A stretch of DNA of 64,000 bases, from NCBI GenBank assembly GCA_951406725.2, contig OX597822.1, forward strand, positions 111,848,001 through 111,912,000. The letters run 5' to 3'. Made by a program: the position numbers and the translations under genes. The notes under the pieces were generated by a model. The model was not told where the DNA came from. It searched no databases and was given only the letters and a program-made list of their open reading frames with translations. Of the stretch, positions 1-13,670 are shown in pieces. Within the stretch, counting starts at the first letter, position 1. The number at the start of each line of letters is the position of its first letter. The stretch comes from Octopus vulgaris (Eukaryota).

Positions 1-88
1 TCTTCGTTTTTGTGAGTGGGTTTGTTGTAAATTGATGTTGTTCGGTATAATGTTTATATATATATATCCATGTCCTTTAGATTTCTAA

Positions 89-479
89 TTGATGGATGGA
101 AGCACTCCGTCGGTTACGACGACGAGGGTTCCGGTTGATCCGAATCAACGGAACAGCCTGCTCGTGAAATTAACGTGAAAGTGGCTGAGCACTCCACAGA
201 CACGTGTACCCTTAACGTAGTTCTCGGGGATATTCAGCGTGACACAGGGAGTGACAAGGCCGACCCTTTGAAATACACGTACAACAGAAACAGGAAGTAA
301 GAGTGAGAGAAAGTTGTGGTGAAAGAGTACAGCAGGGATCACCACCATCCCCTGCCGGAGCCTCGTGGAGCTTTAGGTGTTTTCGCTCAATAAACACTCA
401 CAACGCCCGGTCTGGGAATCGAAACCGCGATCCTATGACCGCGAGTCCGCTGCCCTAACCACTGGGCCATTGCGCCTCC
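89..479 (-). mobile_element. tRNA-derived SINE family A (Octopus OR1/OR2-like), full length
   Basis: Reverse complement starts GGAGGCGCAATGGCCCAGTGGTTAGGGCAGCGGACTCGCGGTC with A-box TGGCCCAGTGG and B-box-like GGTTTCGATTCC. 10-bp TSD AGATTTCTAA at 79-88 and 480-489. Near-identical copies at 14196 and 15017. Confidence 0.9.
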
Positions 480-1144
480 AGATTTCTAACTAGTATGTTG
501 TGTAATTTAAGTGGTTTTCATCAATATAGGGAGGGTGGTAATATCAAGTATTATAGTTTCTGAATAAAACTGTAACGTGCGCATAGGATGTCACGTCAGT
601 AAGCTTTTGTTGCGCGTTAGAACAGTCAAGGTGTTTACCATGTTTTGGTAGAAGTAATTGTAGCAGTTGTGAGTGCTTATAATCTCAGACGTTCAGTGAT
701 TTTCAGCCTGTGAATCTGCGTGTCTTTCAATGTTGTGTTTCTTTAGACTTCTATATAAATGTTGGGTGTGTGAAGTGTTTCACGTCGAGACAGCTTTCTA
801 AAGTACGTGTTGAGAAACGTTCAATGAGAGATAAGCCGAGGATATTAGAGTATTTAACGTCGTCATTGTAACAAGGTGTGTAATGTGGTCATGATTGCTG
901 CCTCTTCATTAGCTTTTCCTTGATATTTCCTCGCCCAGTTATTTAATTATTTCTGTCGTGCATGATGTCAGTCTATTGTTTTCGAAGTTTCTCCCTGGTT
1001 TTCAACTGCGAGTTATATCTTATGTCTAAATGGCGTTGTGTTGTATTTTATGCTTTGTTTGGTTGGATATATTTCAGAATTTGGGTTTACCAACTTCCTG
1101 GAATATGTCCTGAAGTGTCGATTATGCTATATTGAATTCTGAAA

Positions 1145-1375
1145 GGCGTCGAACTGGCAGAAACGTTAGCACGCCGGGCGAAATGCATAGCCGTATTTCG
1201 TCTGTCATTACGTTCCGGGTTCGAATTCCGCCGAGGTCGACTTCGCCTTTCATCCTTTCGGGGTCGATAAATTAAGTACCAGTTACGCACTGGGGTCGAT
1301 GTAATCGACTTAATCCCTTTGTCTGTCCTTGTTTGTCCCCTCTGTGTTTAGCCCCTTATGGGTAGTAAAGAAATA
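1145..1375 (+). mobile_element. tRNA-derived SINE family B with central GCCTTTCATCCTTTCGGGGTCGATAAA domain
   Basis: B-box GGTTCGAATTCC. 17-bp TSD TATATTGAATTCTGAAA at 1128-1144 and 1376-1392. Multiple copies in the window. Confidence 0.9.
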
Positions 1376-1602
1376 TATATTGAATTCTGAAAAAAAAAAA
1401 AAAACCCCAATACTTTCGCTTGCTTGAATTGGTTAACAGCTCTGCAATCTTTTTCAAATTTCGTTACATATTTTCATCTGGAAAGTGTGTATGGGTGTTC
1501 TCAATTATAATAATTGCAAGGGGAAATGATTGGTTGCTCACCAAGACATATGTCCTCTATGTATTCGTAGAGTAGCAGAGTTCTGGACTACTTTAGTGGG
1601 TA

Positions 1603-1997
1603 CTAGCAGTATCGCCCGGCGTTGCTCGGGTTTGTAAGGGAAATAACTATATAAGCATTTTTAGAGATGTAAAGTATAATAACCATCTCAGTATGGTTAA
1701 CCACAAAGGGGGCGGTGTTACTGTAGCTTTTTACGTTCTGAGATTTAATAATAAACTTTTAGAGAGTTACTTCCCTTATATATGCCAAAAATGCATTAAA
1801 ATGGGAAAAATTGATGGTAAATATTTTTTAAATCGTAGACTCATCGTAGACGCGCGCTAATACCCAGAAGGGCTCGATATGAATCACGACTATAAGATAC
1901 CCGGTTTTGGTTAAACTGCACCGCAAAATGTGGGAGTAGTTAGGAATCTAAATCGTAGGAGACAGACAGCACACAACCTCACTTTTATATATAAAGA
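1603..1997 (-). mobile_element. Non-autonomous Helitron (about 395 bp)
   Basis: On the minus strand: 5' TC, 3' CTAG, subterminal hairpin CCCGAGCAACGCCGGG, inserted between A and T without a TSD. Homologous copies at 38326 and 41262. Confidence 0.85.
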
Positions 1998-2255
1998 TTT
2001 ACATATCGTGAAAACATTTAGCAACTTTAAAGAGAATTAGGAGTGTATTCATTGTGAATTGTCTTCCACTTGGAAATAAGTTCACGCTAAACATTCCAAT
2101 CTTCAAGGTATATTTTAGATCTGGATTATGATAACTTGACAATGATACATTTTAAAAAGATATTAAAATATGTAGGTGTAAAACAGTTTCAAATTGTTAC
2201 GTTTATATATTTGCTTTGCAAGGTTTTTTGGTGTGAAATCTTGTGTTCAAACAGA

Positions 2256-2558
2256 TATTGTTGTATTTAGGAATGGTCATTTTGCTAGTTTAGCCAGTAA
2301 AAACACACGCACTATATATTTGGTCTTACTTTGCTTCAAAATGGCTGACCGTTAGTAAGGAGAGACACACAAATAAGAAAGAAGAAAGCAAAGGACTACT
2401 GATGAGGTCACGGGAGTGTGACGAAAGTACACTGGCCGAAATAAGATTAAGATTAATGTAAAAAATAATTAAAACTGAAGCAAAGTAAAACCAAATATAT
2501 AGTACGTGTATTTTTACTGGCTAAACTGGTAAAATGACCATTCTTAAATACAACAATA
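2256..2558. repeat. 83-bp imperfect inverted repeat with a hammerhead-like core in the spacer (probable Penelope pLTR remnant)
   Basis: 2256-2338 is the reverse complement of 2476-2558 with a few mismatches. The spacer contains CTGATGA-GGTCA...TGGCC-GAAA (2399-2441). Confidence 0.65.
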
Positions 2559-3763
2559 GTTTTAAATTGAACATCACTAAACGATAAATAGTCATAGCTG
2601 AACACAATTAAATACTCGTGTTAAATAATTTTCTAATCTAGCGTACGTTCTCATTTAAATTATTATTGTATACAGTCGGAACGAATCGAGACGATAAGTG
2701 TTCACAAGTGTCTTTTATGTATAGACAGTCATGTAATAGAATCTGGGGCATTTTCTATCTTTTAAGAATGTTATCTACAACGATTAGTACTGCAAAGTAC
2801 GTCAGGATATTCTTTCAACTGGAAGTGGGAGATAAATGAAAGGGTGTATCTGAAATGTTTTGTGATTACTCACAGGGAATCGACTACAATGTATCAAAGA
2901 AAAGAAAAACCCGTTTTTAGCAACATGTAAGTCGTCGTTGTGAGCGTTTCTAAGAAAATCGATAAATTAAAAATAAGGTGAAATTTATCTGTTTCAAGAA
3001 CGAGTTTTTATTATGTAACTATGAATGTTTTATTGTTGTTTAATAGTTCTGTGTGTGTCTTGTGTCTATTTAATCAACTTCCGCAACCCAAAACTGTTGC
3101 TAAAAGGAAATAAATCCAATTTGATAGTAATAAAAACTACATTAACATGAAGACTACAGTGTTTAGTTCAAATTAAATGCCCTCGTAGAGGAGAAGGAAT
3201 AATAGTTTATTTTGTACCTGACTGCTGTAGAAATGCAATTTATTTCCACTTGAGATTTTAGAGACTTGTTTTATCATTTTTATTTCATTGCAATTCAAGG
3301 GTTGATTGTATTATTTCGAGTGTATGAGTATGTTTAATCATCGCACACCCTACAATAGGAAACTCATTTGTTATGCAGTTTGATTAAAAAGAAGAAACAT
3401 TAAATAAATGACATGAGTGTGACACATATAGAACATTGTTGATCATTTGTTTTTCTTTACATAAAAACAAGCCAGAAACATTTGAGTGAGCCTCAAAGCA
3501 AAAGATAAGCGCTCAGTAAATGTAAACATTTTGCGGTTTCAAATTTCCTAGCTGATTCCTGTCAATTATATAATAGAAGCCGTTAAATGATTAATCTTCA
3601 CAGCAGAGTTCTTGAATTCGCTTGTCACAGTCCATTCTTTGTGAGCTTGAAAATATTGCCATCACACACACGCAATTACACAGATACACACACATAGATA
3701 AACACACACACACACACACACACGTACATATATAATGTTGAGAAGTAAACCAAGAACTATTAT

Positions 3764-3930
3764 TCAGTAGTCTTATTTTGTTAACGTGCTTTCACTTCAC
3801 TACCGAGCACAGCTCTGTGTGCCTTGGGAAGGTGCTGTCGTTTGTTGTGATGTACTTATTTTTACTATAATCGAAAGTGCTTTACGTTGCGCGGTGCCTA
3901 GTAGTGCTATTTTCTGTGTTATTATTTTCA
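3764..3930 (-). mobile_element. 3' end fragment of an R4/Dong-type non-LTR retrotransposon
   Basis: Homologous to 4828-5035. Minus strand reads ...KIALLGTA.. and ends in TAA repeats. Confidence 0.65.
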
Positions 3931-4115
3931 TATACAGTCAACAGATTACACTTTTCGAAAACAAAAGAATCTTAACATCGGGTTATAAAATATAAGAAAA
4001 TAAGAAGTTTGTTTTAAAAGTAATTTCATTAAAAGATGATATAAGTGTTATCTTAAGATGACAGTAACAGATGTTTGCTATTATGTACATTTAAAAGTAC
4101 TTTTGATAATGTTTA

Positions 4116-4165
<50 letters not shown>

Positions 4166-4191
4166 GTTATTATTATTGTTATTATTATTAT

Positions 4192-4739
4192 TGAGTGAGA
4201 GAACAGTTCATGCCATCAAAGTGACACTGGGGTAAAATATACGAAGCCCAGTATACCCATCATGACTACCCGTCTGATAAGGGTACACTAGGTACATGCA
4301 TCACAACCATATGTGCGCAACATGGTGATCTCATATCAAGATAAACAGCACATAACCTTGCAGGTGGGGCCCAGTTAGAATTTTCTTCAGGTTGAGTAGC
4401 CCATCCCGCTCAAAAGGTCCCTGAATAAGGGTTGTTTAAAGATGTTGAAAGAACCACCCATGTTTCCAGAGGTGAATTATTCAAACCCCAAAGAATCCCT
4501 CTCAACACATGGCTATGATGCTCCCCCACTACTTCTGCTCGTGATCAGAGATGCACATATCGTCAGCCACTAAGGGACATGCTCAACTGGTTAAGGTCAA
4601 ACGACTGACAAGCAAATCTGTGGTATTGAGCAGAATATTTGCTGTAGCCCATACCAAGACAAAACAATGTACATAATAACACTTCCAATCAGTTAAGATC
4701 AGAAGCCATGAGAGCCACTGCCTGGTACTGCATCAGGGC

Positions 4740-4741
<2 letters not shown>
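4192..4741 (-). mobile_element. About 550-bp non-coding interspersed repeat embedded in (TAA)n
   Basis: Reverse complement of 33811-34313 and of the more diverged 34436-34990. Flanked on both sides by TTA arrays. Confidence 0.8.
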
Positions 4742-4776
<35 letters not shown>

Positions 4777-4792
4777 ATTATTATTATTATTA

Positions 4793-4827
<35 letters not shown>

Positions 4828-4833
<6 letters not shown>

Positions 4834-5035
4834 TAGTTTTATTTTTATAGCGTGCTTTCACTTCACTACCGAGCGCAGCTCTGTGTGCCTTGGGTATGTG
4901 CTGTGATTTGTTGTGATGCTCTGATGGTTATTGAATGGAAAGTGTTCTGCGTAGGATGTGTGCAGTGCCTAGTAGTGCAATTTTCTGTATGTTATGTGTT
5001 TGTAAGTCCTGGTGTTTTTGTTATGTATTCGTCTG
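4828..5035 (-). mobile_element. 3' end fragment of an R4/Dong-type non-LTR retrotransposon
   Basis: Minus strand encodes KTPGLTNT*NIQKIALLGTAHILRRTLSIQ*, typical of the C-terminus of RLE-type elements. Flanked by TAA arrays. Confidence 0.75.
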
Positions 5036-5039
5036 AATA

Positions 5040-5077
<38 letters not shown>

Positions 5078-5088
5078 CATCATCATCA

Positions 5089-5153
<65 letters not shown>

Positions 5154-5329
5154 CATTATTATTATCATCATTATTATTGTTAATATCATTATTATTACTT
5201 GTACTCTCAATTTTGTTTCCATTTTTCGTCAAGTTTCCTCCCGGCATCTAGGGCGAAGAAACGCACTGTATTCGTTGATAAGCCATTAAAAGACAAGCAC
5301 CAGATTGTTCCTTTGCAAGATCAATGTTA

Positions 5330-6780
5330 TGAAAAGAAATTGTTTCCAAGGATGGTAATCGATTTCACAGCGAGAATTCTCTTCTCAGTACGTGAGACGT
5401 GTCAGCTAAAGCAATTTTGGGGGTAATGTTTACAGCTATGGTAAGCAAGAGAACTTTCTCTAATAATTGTCTGACTCTTCTTTATATCCTTCCTAGTGTC
5501 ACTACGATAACTGGATTTTAAACGCTTTAAGATGCTAAATTTCAATTTCTGTGAGCAAATCTTTATAATTTCTGATTTTGTGAGACACTTGCCACAATTT
5601 TATGCACACAAGAGATACTCATCTCAATCAATAAACATTATATTACTTAGGTCTTTCACAACAATATCCAGTTTATAAGCTTTAATGTTTGTATGTACAA
5701 GGAAGTCCCAAAAATTGGTTACGATTTCTTCTTCAGTTACAGCCTCAAGGCTGTCAATAATTATGATTTTATGATGCCGAAATATTTAAGCAGTATATGT
5801 GTTGGCCATCTCTGTCATGTGTTGATTTATACCCCACTGGCGCTAAAACTTTACATCCAAAGATTAAATGATCCATTTGTTCATTCTCATTCATCAAAAG
5901 TTGGCAATTTGAATCTATTTTCACTTTTCATTGGCCTGGTAATTCCTGGTAAATATTACTTGGTATTGAGCAGCAAAGATGAAGCCCTCAGTCTCTACCG
6001 CTAGCCCAGATCCTCGTGGACACCGATAGTTGTGTTTCAATTTAGCATCACCTTGTTTGATAGCGGCAACATATTTGCCATGCATGGGTTTCTGCACTCT
6101 CCAGGAAACCAATTGTTTTTGCACGATTTTCATCGCTAGTAATATTATTTTCTTTTTAATATGAACGGCCATGTTTCTATACTGAGGCTGGGTAACATCC
6201 ATGAAATTATTGGCAAATATTTTGCTTTCATTCAAGATAGAATGAAGCTTCTTACACCTCTTGTGATTTTCAACGTGATTGAGTGTCAAATCGTCAGATG
6301 CTTCGAGATATTATGTCAGTAAAACTGTTGTAGTTTTGTAAGAAAGTTCAAACAAGTTGAATTACGCCTCAATCTCCTGTGAGCTCTCATGTCTGGCGGC
6401 TTTGGGTGTTGCATCTGGTTACAAGTCAGTTACTTACGAATTTTTCTCTATTTACCTTTTGTTTCACTGATATTCCATTCAACAAATTGAAGCTATAAGT
6501 AACGACTAAAACTTCACAGGAATTTATGGCAAACACTTTGTTGTATGCATTTAGCTCAGATTTCCTATAACACTCCTCCCGGCCTTCTCTATCATGCATT
6601 CATACTAAATTCATTCCTAATTATCAATAGGGGGGATAAAGGGTCTTCATTTGCTAAAAGGTATTTTGTTTGTTCTTGTTCAAGTCCCTTTACAGGGGTT
6701 ACAACATCTGACTCAACTGAATTGCAGTTTATCAATTTCGCTTTCTCGAAAGCAGCATTGGCACAGTTTTGAAGACCAAA
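5330..6780 (-). mobile_element. Degenerate R4/Dong-type element, 3' half
   Basis: Minus-strand peptides KPMHGKY, GLAVETEGFIFAAQYQVIFTRNY and a KPDIVVKD-like RLE motif, with many stops and frameshifts. Confidence 0.7.
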
Positions 6781-6781
6781 T

Positions 6782-6854
6782 TTTCTTCTTCTTCTTCTTC
6801 TTCTTCTTCTTCTTCTTCTTCTTCTTCTTCTTCATCATCATCATCATCATCATC

Positions 6855-6885
<31 letters not shown>

Positions 6886-6955
6886 CAACAACAATAACAA
6901 CAACAACAACAACAACGACGACGACGACGACGATGACGACTACGATGATGATGAC

Positions 6956-6990
<35 letters not shown>
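6782..6990. repeat. Compound trinucleotide microsatellite (TTC)(ATC)(ATA)(ACA)(ACG)(ATG)
   Basis: Read directly from the sequence. Confidence 0.95.
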
Positions 6991-6991
<1 letters not shown>

Positions 6992-6994
6992 AAA

Positions 6995-8178
6995 CGTCTC
7001 TTGAAATCAAAACTCAATGGTGCACTCATTCTGAAATGGACTCAAGCGGAGATTAACCGACTTGATCACCATACCCGAAAGACAATGACAATCTATGTTG
7101 CCCTCCACACTAAGGCGAATATACACAGGCTCTACATGAAGAGGGTTAAAGGTGGATGTGGGCTGATTAGCGTAGGTGAGTGCATCAACAGTGAAAGAAG
7201 AAATATGGCAGAATATTTGGTAAATAGGAAAGAAGAACTACTCTAGTATACTGCTAATGCAGAAGTATTTAACAAAAATGGACTTGAGAGTGCTCATGAA
7301 TTCCGATCAAGTACAGCCAACGGAAGAGAAGAAACCCTACTTTGCATGAAATTACATGGTCAGTTCTACCGTGAAACCAACAACTTTAAAGACCAGGAAG
7401 CATCATGGGGTTTGCTCACAAGGGTGACCTGACAAAGAATACCGAAAGCCTAATAATCGCTGCCCCGGACCAGACATTGACTAGCAACTCAGGGAAAAAA
7501 GAATATATACCACACAAGTGCAAACGGACCACTGCAGAATGTGCGGGAAGAGCGTCGAAAACGTGGCTCATATTGTTAGTGCTTGTGAAAGCCTTGTACA
7601 GAAAGAGTACCAGCGTAGACACAACAAGGTATCCCCAAACCTTCACTGACTACTATGACGTAAGTATGGATATGAGGTTACGGGTGCTTGGTACCAACAT
7701 ACACCGCAAAAGGAAAAGGACGAAAAGGGGAATGCAAAATTCCTATGGGACTTTGACTTCCAGACATACAAGATATTAGAGCACCGAAGACTGGATACAG
7801 TAACCGTTAAGAGGGACAAACAAGAGTACCAAAAATTGACTAGACAGTGACAGATGATCAAAGTATCATCAAGAAAGAAAGAGAAAAAGTTGATAAATAT
7901 GAAGACTTAAGAATTGAGATGGTTAAGAGGTAGCAGCATAAAGATTATCCCTATTGACATTGGCATTTCGTTCAATAAGGTCCAATCTGAAAACTTTAGA
8001 AATACCCTACAATCTAGGTGAATTACAAAAGTTGACATTACTTGGAACTGCACGCGTATTGTGAAAAGTACTGTCTGTCTGAGGTCGTTGTTGTGACTTG
8101 ACAAAACTCCCGCTAGACACAATATCTTCAAGCAACAACCTCACGATATTGTATTCTGTGCGACGTCTATAATAATAA
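6995..8178 (+). mobile_element. Degenerate R4/Dong-type element, 3' portion (thumb, CCHC, RLE)
   Basis: Peptides LKWTQAEINRLDHHTRK..LHTKANIHRLYMKRVKGGCGL, LHGQFYR, TESLIIAAPDQTL, CRMCG..ENVAHIVSAC and LLGTARIV. Ends at TATAATAATAA. Confidence 0.8.
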
Positions 8179-8199
8179 CGTTAATTCTGGACGACAGAA

Positions 8200-9040
8200 T
8201 ATTTTAAAGAAATTAGACCCAGCAGAGAGTTACAAATACCTTGCAGTTTTGTAGGTGATCAAATAATACATTCAATGATGAGTGTAAAGATCAGAACAGA
8301 ATAAATATTATCACAGGGTAAGGGCAATACTAAAGACAGAGCTGAACGTAAGAAACGGGATCACAGCGATCAATTACTGAGATCTGTAATCTTGACAGAA
8401 AAATGCAAAAATTGTAGACAATGCATAGAATGCATCATTATAAGTCATATACAGAACGACTTTACTTGCCAAGAAAAGAGGATGGCCGTGGACTTTTACA
8501 ACTAGAATTAACAATGAAGGTTGCCACAATTGGCTTAAACACTTGCCGGAAAAACTCTGATGACTAGATGCTAAAATTTGCCTTAAAGCACGAAAACAAG
8601 AAAAAGTCATACTTAGGACAAAAGTTATATCTAAGTGAATTCCAAATATAACAAATCCCAGAATTAGTTGTATCGGAAACAAACACAGAAAAAGTAAACG
8701 GATGAAGACCCTTGCTAAAACTGCTGCTTTAGTTATCCTTACTGGTAAATGACAAGAAAACCAGTCGTATTTTACGATACAATGTGACCCCCTAATCGAT
8801 GCTCGGAAATCAGATGTTGATGTAGTTAGAGGAAAAGAGGAAACCAAGATTATAGATATTGCAATACCTGGGGATGCACGCATAGGTGACAGAGAATTAG
8901 AAAATATTGAAAAGTACAGATTACTAAAAGACGAAATTTCAAGAATGTGGACCATGAGGAGAGTGTAGTTGTAGGGGCACTCGGAACACTAACAACCGAT
9001 TTCGAGTAATATGTCAGAGAAATCGGAATTGATTTGAGTT
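8200..9040 (+). mobile_element. Fragmented R4/Dong-type remnants
   Basis: 8200-8760 is homologous to 32220-32815 (e.g. GAACGACTTTACTTGCCAAGAA, CCCTTGCTAAAACTGCTGC). 8790-9040 has RLE motifs IIDIAIPGD and KYRLLKDEI. Confidence 0.65.
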
Positions 9041-9044
9041 CAGG

Positions 9045-9860
9045 GTTGCTTCGTCGCCCTGTACGCATCATGACATCCTAGGCTAACTTCTGTACCAGTA
9101 GGATTTATCTGGAAAGAATAAGTCTCACCGGTAACACTGCCAGGCCGGTGGTTTCTGGAAGTTGCTCATCGGTTGAAAGTTCTCCGTAACGCAGTTTTTA
9201 GTTGATGATCTTTAACACCTAGGGTTTCTTCAAGAGCTCCGTCGCACTTTCCGACCATTAATCGTCTATAGAACGCTAAAGTGGACTTCCAACCTATCGC
9301 AGTGTCCACCTGGCTGAGAGCTGAGACCGTTTGAAGGCACTTTATTTTACAAATGCTTTCTCTTGGTCCTTGATTCACTCAAGACTGAAACTCCTTCAAG
9401 GAGACCAACTGGCTGGGAAAGCGCGCATCTGGCGAACGGCGACTACAGCTCTTAATCGTCAAGGAAGCGCTGGAAATGTCGTAGCCTCAACGCTTGTCAT
9501 AATACCTATTTCTTTATTACCCACAAGGGGCTAAACACAGAGGGGACAAACAAGGACAGACATAGGTATTAAGTCGATTACATAGGTATTAAGTCGACCC
9601 CAGTTAGTAACTGGTACTTAATTTATCGACCCCGAAAGGATGAAAGGCAAAGTCAACATCGGCGGAATTTGAACTCAGAACGTAGCGGCAGACAAAATAC
9701 CGCAAAGCATTTCGCCCGGCGTGCTAACAATTCTGCCCAGCCACAGCATACCCAGACCACCATGTAGCGGGTGCTCAACGCAGATGGACCGCCTGACAAT
9801 ATGCGTTCCTCTGCAGACAATGCAAGACGGTTAGGAAATATTAGTTGACGGATGCGATGT
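9045..9860 (-). mobile_element. Degenerate L1/Tx1-like ORF2 C-terminal fragment, interrupted by a SINE B
   Basis: GC-richer segment. Minus-strand peptides TLAFYRRLMVGKCDGALEETLGV and MSNFQKPPAWQCYR resemble the zf-RVT-proximal region of Tx1/L1 ORF2 (recognised from memory). Confidence 0.45.
9502..9741 (-). mobile_element. SINE family B
   Basis: Reverse complement of 1145-1375, with a short internal duplication (ACATAGGTATTAAGTCGA twice). Confidence 0.85.
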
Positions 9861-12800
9861 ACATATTAGCCACACATTTTACTCCTCAGCATCTGGTAAG
9901 CAACTTCAATGCCATATACTTAATCATTATTCTAATATTTGGAATAGAATGGCTTTAAAGACAAAGAATTCTAGCCGGCATATACTAATTTCGTCCTTGT
10001 TATGATATTACTTAAGCTCCGCAAAAACCCAGCACATAACTTTTTACCTTTATTTTCTTTTATTTTTATCATAATTCTGCAAATGCAGTTAATTTTATTA
10101 AGCTAGTGTAGCATTTTCTGCACTATCAATGTGCTGTTATTGTGCTTGACATATTGTGTCAATCATTTTGTTGAATTCATTCCTCCACGAACTGAATTAT
10201 TTCGCCTCTATTAGTGACGTAAGTGGAATGAATTCGAATCTATGCGTCAAGGCACCTAACTAGGACGCATAGAAAATAGCTAATATTTGATATTATTTTC
10301 CTTGCACATATTAATTTTAACGCATTTTTATTATGTACTCTAGCATTGCATATTATATAAACGATAACTAGCTATTCACCATATAAGTCGATTATTAGTC
10401 TTGTATGTACTAATGATTTCTCGAACTATATTTTAGTGTATTTAGTTATATTCCATTGGGGGGTTGAGTCGTACAGCCACTGGTATTTACTTTGTCTTTT
10501 GTTTCCTCGAATGTCATTAAAATAAAACGCCTAATATCTACAAACACAAACACCAAATATTTGACAAGTCACTAGCGGAGGTTACCAAGATTATTATTTA
10601 CTTTCATAAACAACTGGGAAAATGTGATATATCTCAAACATTTAATTCAGGTAAAGTTTATTCCTTTCACTAAATCATTAACCACCATTATTGCCCTTCC
10701 AAAAAAAAAGACCAAACAATCAACAGAACGAGATTATTTTTATGCATAACACGTGTTTTATAGAAATATTGCTTATTAAAATATTATCGCGATTTAAATG
10801 CATTTGACTTTAATCTATTTGCTATTCACTTGTATAAGTTTTAGAGTTTTGTATTATTTACTTCCAAAAGATCTATACATTTTTTTGTGTTAGATTGTAT
10901 TTTATGAGAGTTTTAAATATAGATTAAGTGTCAAATAGTGAATCCTGCAGGAAATTAAAATGGTATCGTATATCACGACGTTAATTAGAAACTCGAAAAG
11001 TCTGAATATATTCCAATGGGTACAACTATTTAAAAATTAATTTTCATCGACGCTCGTATACTAGAAATTCTCATTAACTGCGAAGATAAGAGCAAATATT
11101 TACTGGTTTATTTCTTTACATTTCTGTGACCTGATTAATGTATTCACAAACTTCTTTCATTTTTTTTACATTTTGTTTCTGATTCCTATAACTTGCACTC
11201 TCTAGTCTGTGCAATCATGCTGTGAATAACCCTGTTATGTTACTTAAAAAATATAGATAATGTTTATGTTCAAATATTTTCTATTCAAGTGTACTAATTC
11301 ACACCCATAGACTTGAAACGTACTTAAAATGAAATTTCGAAAACCACTTTAACTATGTTTCCGTGAGCTTTCAGAAGATAATAATGTCATTCCATTCAAT
11401 TTGGTCTATGTTTATATGTGCTGGGGGTTAGCAAGTGTACAAATTAGTATGTTGGTGGTGCTGCTGAGAGAGAACACGTTTTATAAAAACTAATGGAAAA
11501 ATATTAAGGAAATAGATTTTTTCAAATTTATATTCGAGTATTAATATTAATACATTATTATTGATTTTTTCTTTTGTGGGAGAAACAGATACCATAGCAA
11601 ATGTTAGAATACTTTACAGTGTAAAGTGACAAACTCCTGACGGGAATACTTTGCGATGCGCTTTCCATTTAGGATCAGTGCTAATTCCTATAAATACAAA
11701 TATTAATTTTGTTGATTATATCGGAAGCTGATTTGAAGTTGCCCATCTCTTCTAAGTGACTAAACATTTACCACATATAAGCTTCTTATGTTGTTTACCC
11801 TTAACGACCTTAAAGTTGGTGTTTGGGTTGGCGTTTGGGTTACAGCTCCCCAGATGGAGGAAATTTGAATGTACGTGTGGACAGACGCCCTTCTGGGGTG
11901 TGTTTGTAAACGCATCGTTGTTTCCAGAGTAGGCCTAAATTTCTTAATTTTGTGTTGTTATGTTTTGAACTGCCAAACTTAATTACCTGATATACCAATC
12001 TTTCATCAGATAGTGTAGAATTGCTTGCTCTGAAGCCAGCTAGCTGCTGAAGTAAGAAATCCTTAGCTTTTTCGTGGTGATGATCTACCTGGTGGTAGTG
12101 ACACCAATTTCAAAGCGATACCACTTCGTTTTTAAACCCCATTGAAAATCATGCGAACTAAGATGTGTGACATCTAGAAGTAGCAGTAAAAGCAACTCTT
12201 GTCTTGATCTCTAAATATTGCTATTTTTGTGTTTTGTTCTACTTCCGGACAGAAAAAGAACAGGTGAATCTTACACTCGCACTTGTAGCTCCCATCCATG
12301 AAATACAAGACTGATTGATGCCTTAGAGCATCCTATTATATAATTCAGGTAGACCCCTCGCTACACATTGCATATACCGTATAAAATACTGAATAAAACA
12401 TGCCACACAATATGTATTGCACGAAATTGTCAGTTAATAGTTTATAAAACAGTACATAATTCAAATGACCAACACCTAATGAACTAAGAAGAAAGGAATC
12501 TATTATTTAAAACTTAGACTAATCTGTATATATTGAAATATAAAGAAAATACTGATATTAGTTTTGATTGACAATATGACTTCGTGAGAGTTTTCGCGGA
12601 GTGGACGCAAAGCGTTGTCATACCAAATAATAAGTAAGAAGAAAAAAGCAATCCTGTAACCACAATCCACAGGGATAGATGACATAAAATCTAGTGTTCA
12701 ACTCGCATGCTATTTTAACTTCTACACAGTTCTGCCACTGATACAAATTAAAAGGATGTATCAGCACCTTGCCTCATATATCTATAGTAACTCATCATAT

Positions 12801-13161
12801 ATTTACCACAACACCATGAAGAATTTTGATTACCTGAAATTATCCGTATGTTACAGAAAAAATATTTTTTCTACGAATGTTTACAAAGTGTCTAAAACTT
12901 ATAAAGCAACCGGTATGATATGGAAATCCATTGATATTCGCTAACACTACATTATGGAAATTAAGGACACAATACATTTAGGAAGTGTATCGTTTTTAGG
13001 TGTTGTGACATCGAGCGGAATACATCTCGCTGAGGTGTATTCTCTTTCATAGACATATATCTCAAGCGCTCAACAGTTGCTATTAAATGACCCATCAACT
13101 ACTAACTGCATCTTTATTTTTCCAAAAGACTGGATTAGCTGATAACATTGACTTTAGTGAA

Positions 13162-13452
13162 GGCGCATGGCTCGGTGGTTAGAGTGACGGACTCACGATC
13201 TCGAAGTAGTGAGTTCGATTCTCGGACCAGGCTGTGTGTTCTGTTCTGTTGTTCCAGTTCACTCAGCTGTAGAAATGAGTTTCGACGTCACTGGATAACA
13301 TCAGTGGCGTGGAGAGGGAAGGCAGGTGTGCATGGGAGACTGCTTGTCTTTCATAAACAATCTTGCTCGGACTTTTGCCTCGGAAGGTAACTTCATATGT
13401 GCAATCCCATGATCATTCATGAACGAAGGGGGTTTTGTACCCTTTACCCTTT
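13162..13452 (+). mobile_element. tRNA-derived SINE family D (diverged)
   Basis: Head GGCGCATGGCTCGGTGGTTAGAG (A-box) then GAGTTCGATTC (B-box). Tail TACCCTT repeated. Confidence 0.7.
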
Positions 13453-13670
13453 GTTTACTTTACTACATGCTTTCTTTTCCAATTTTAAAAATACATGGAG
13501 AATTATGTTTTAATTGCAAAGATGATAGAATAATATAATCACATTGAAGTATAACATTACATGTAGCAAACATGTAAATATCCATGTTATGTGTATTACC
13601 AAAACGCAATCATATTTAGCTCTGCAGTTTCCCTAAATATATACTCAGTTTAGGAATATATATAAATATA

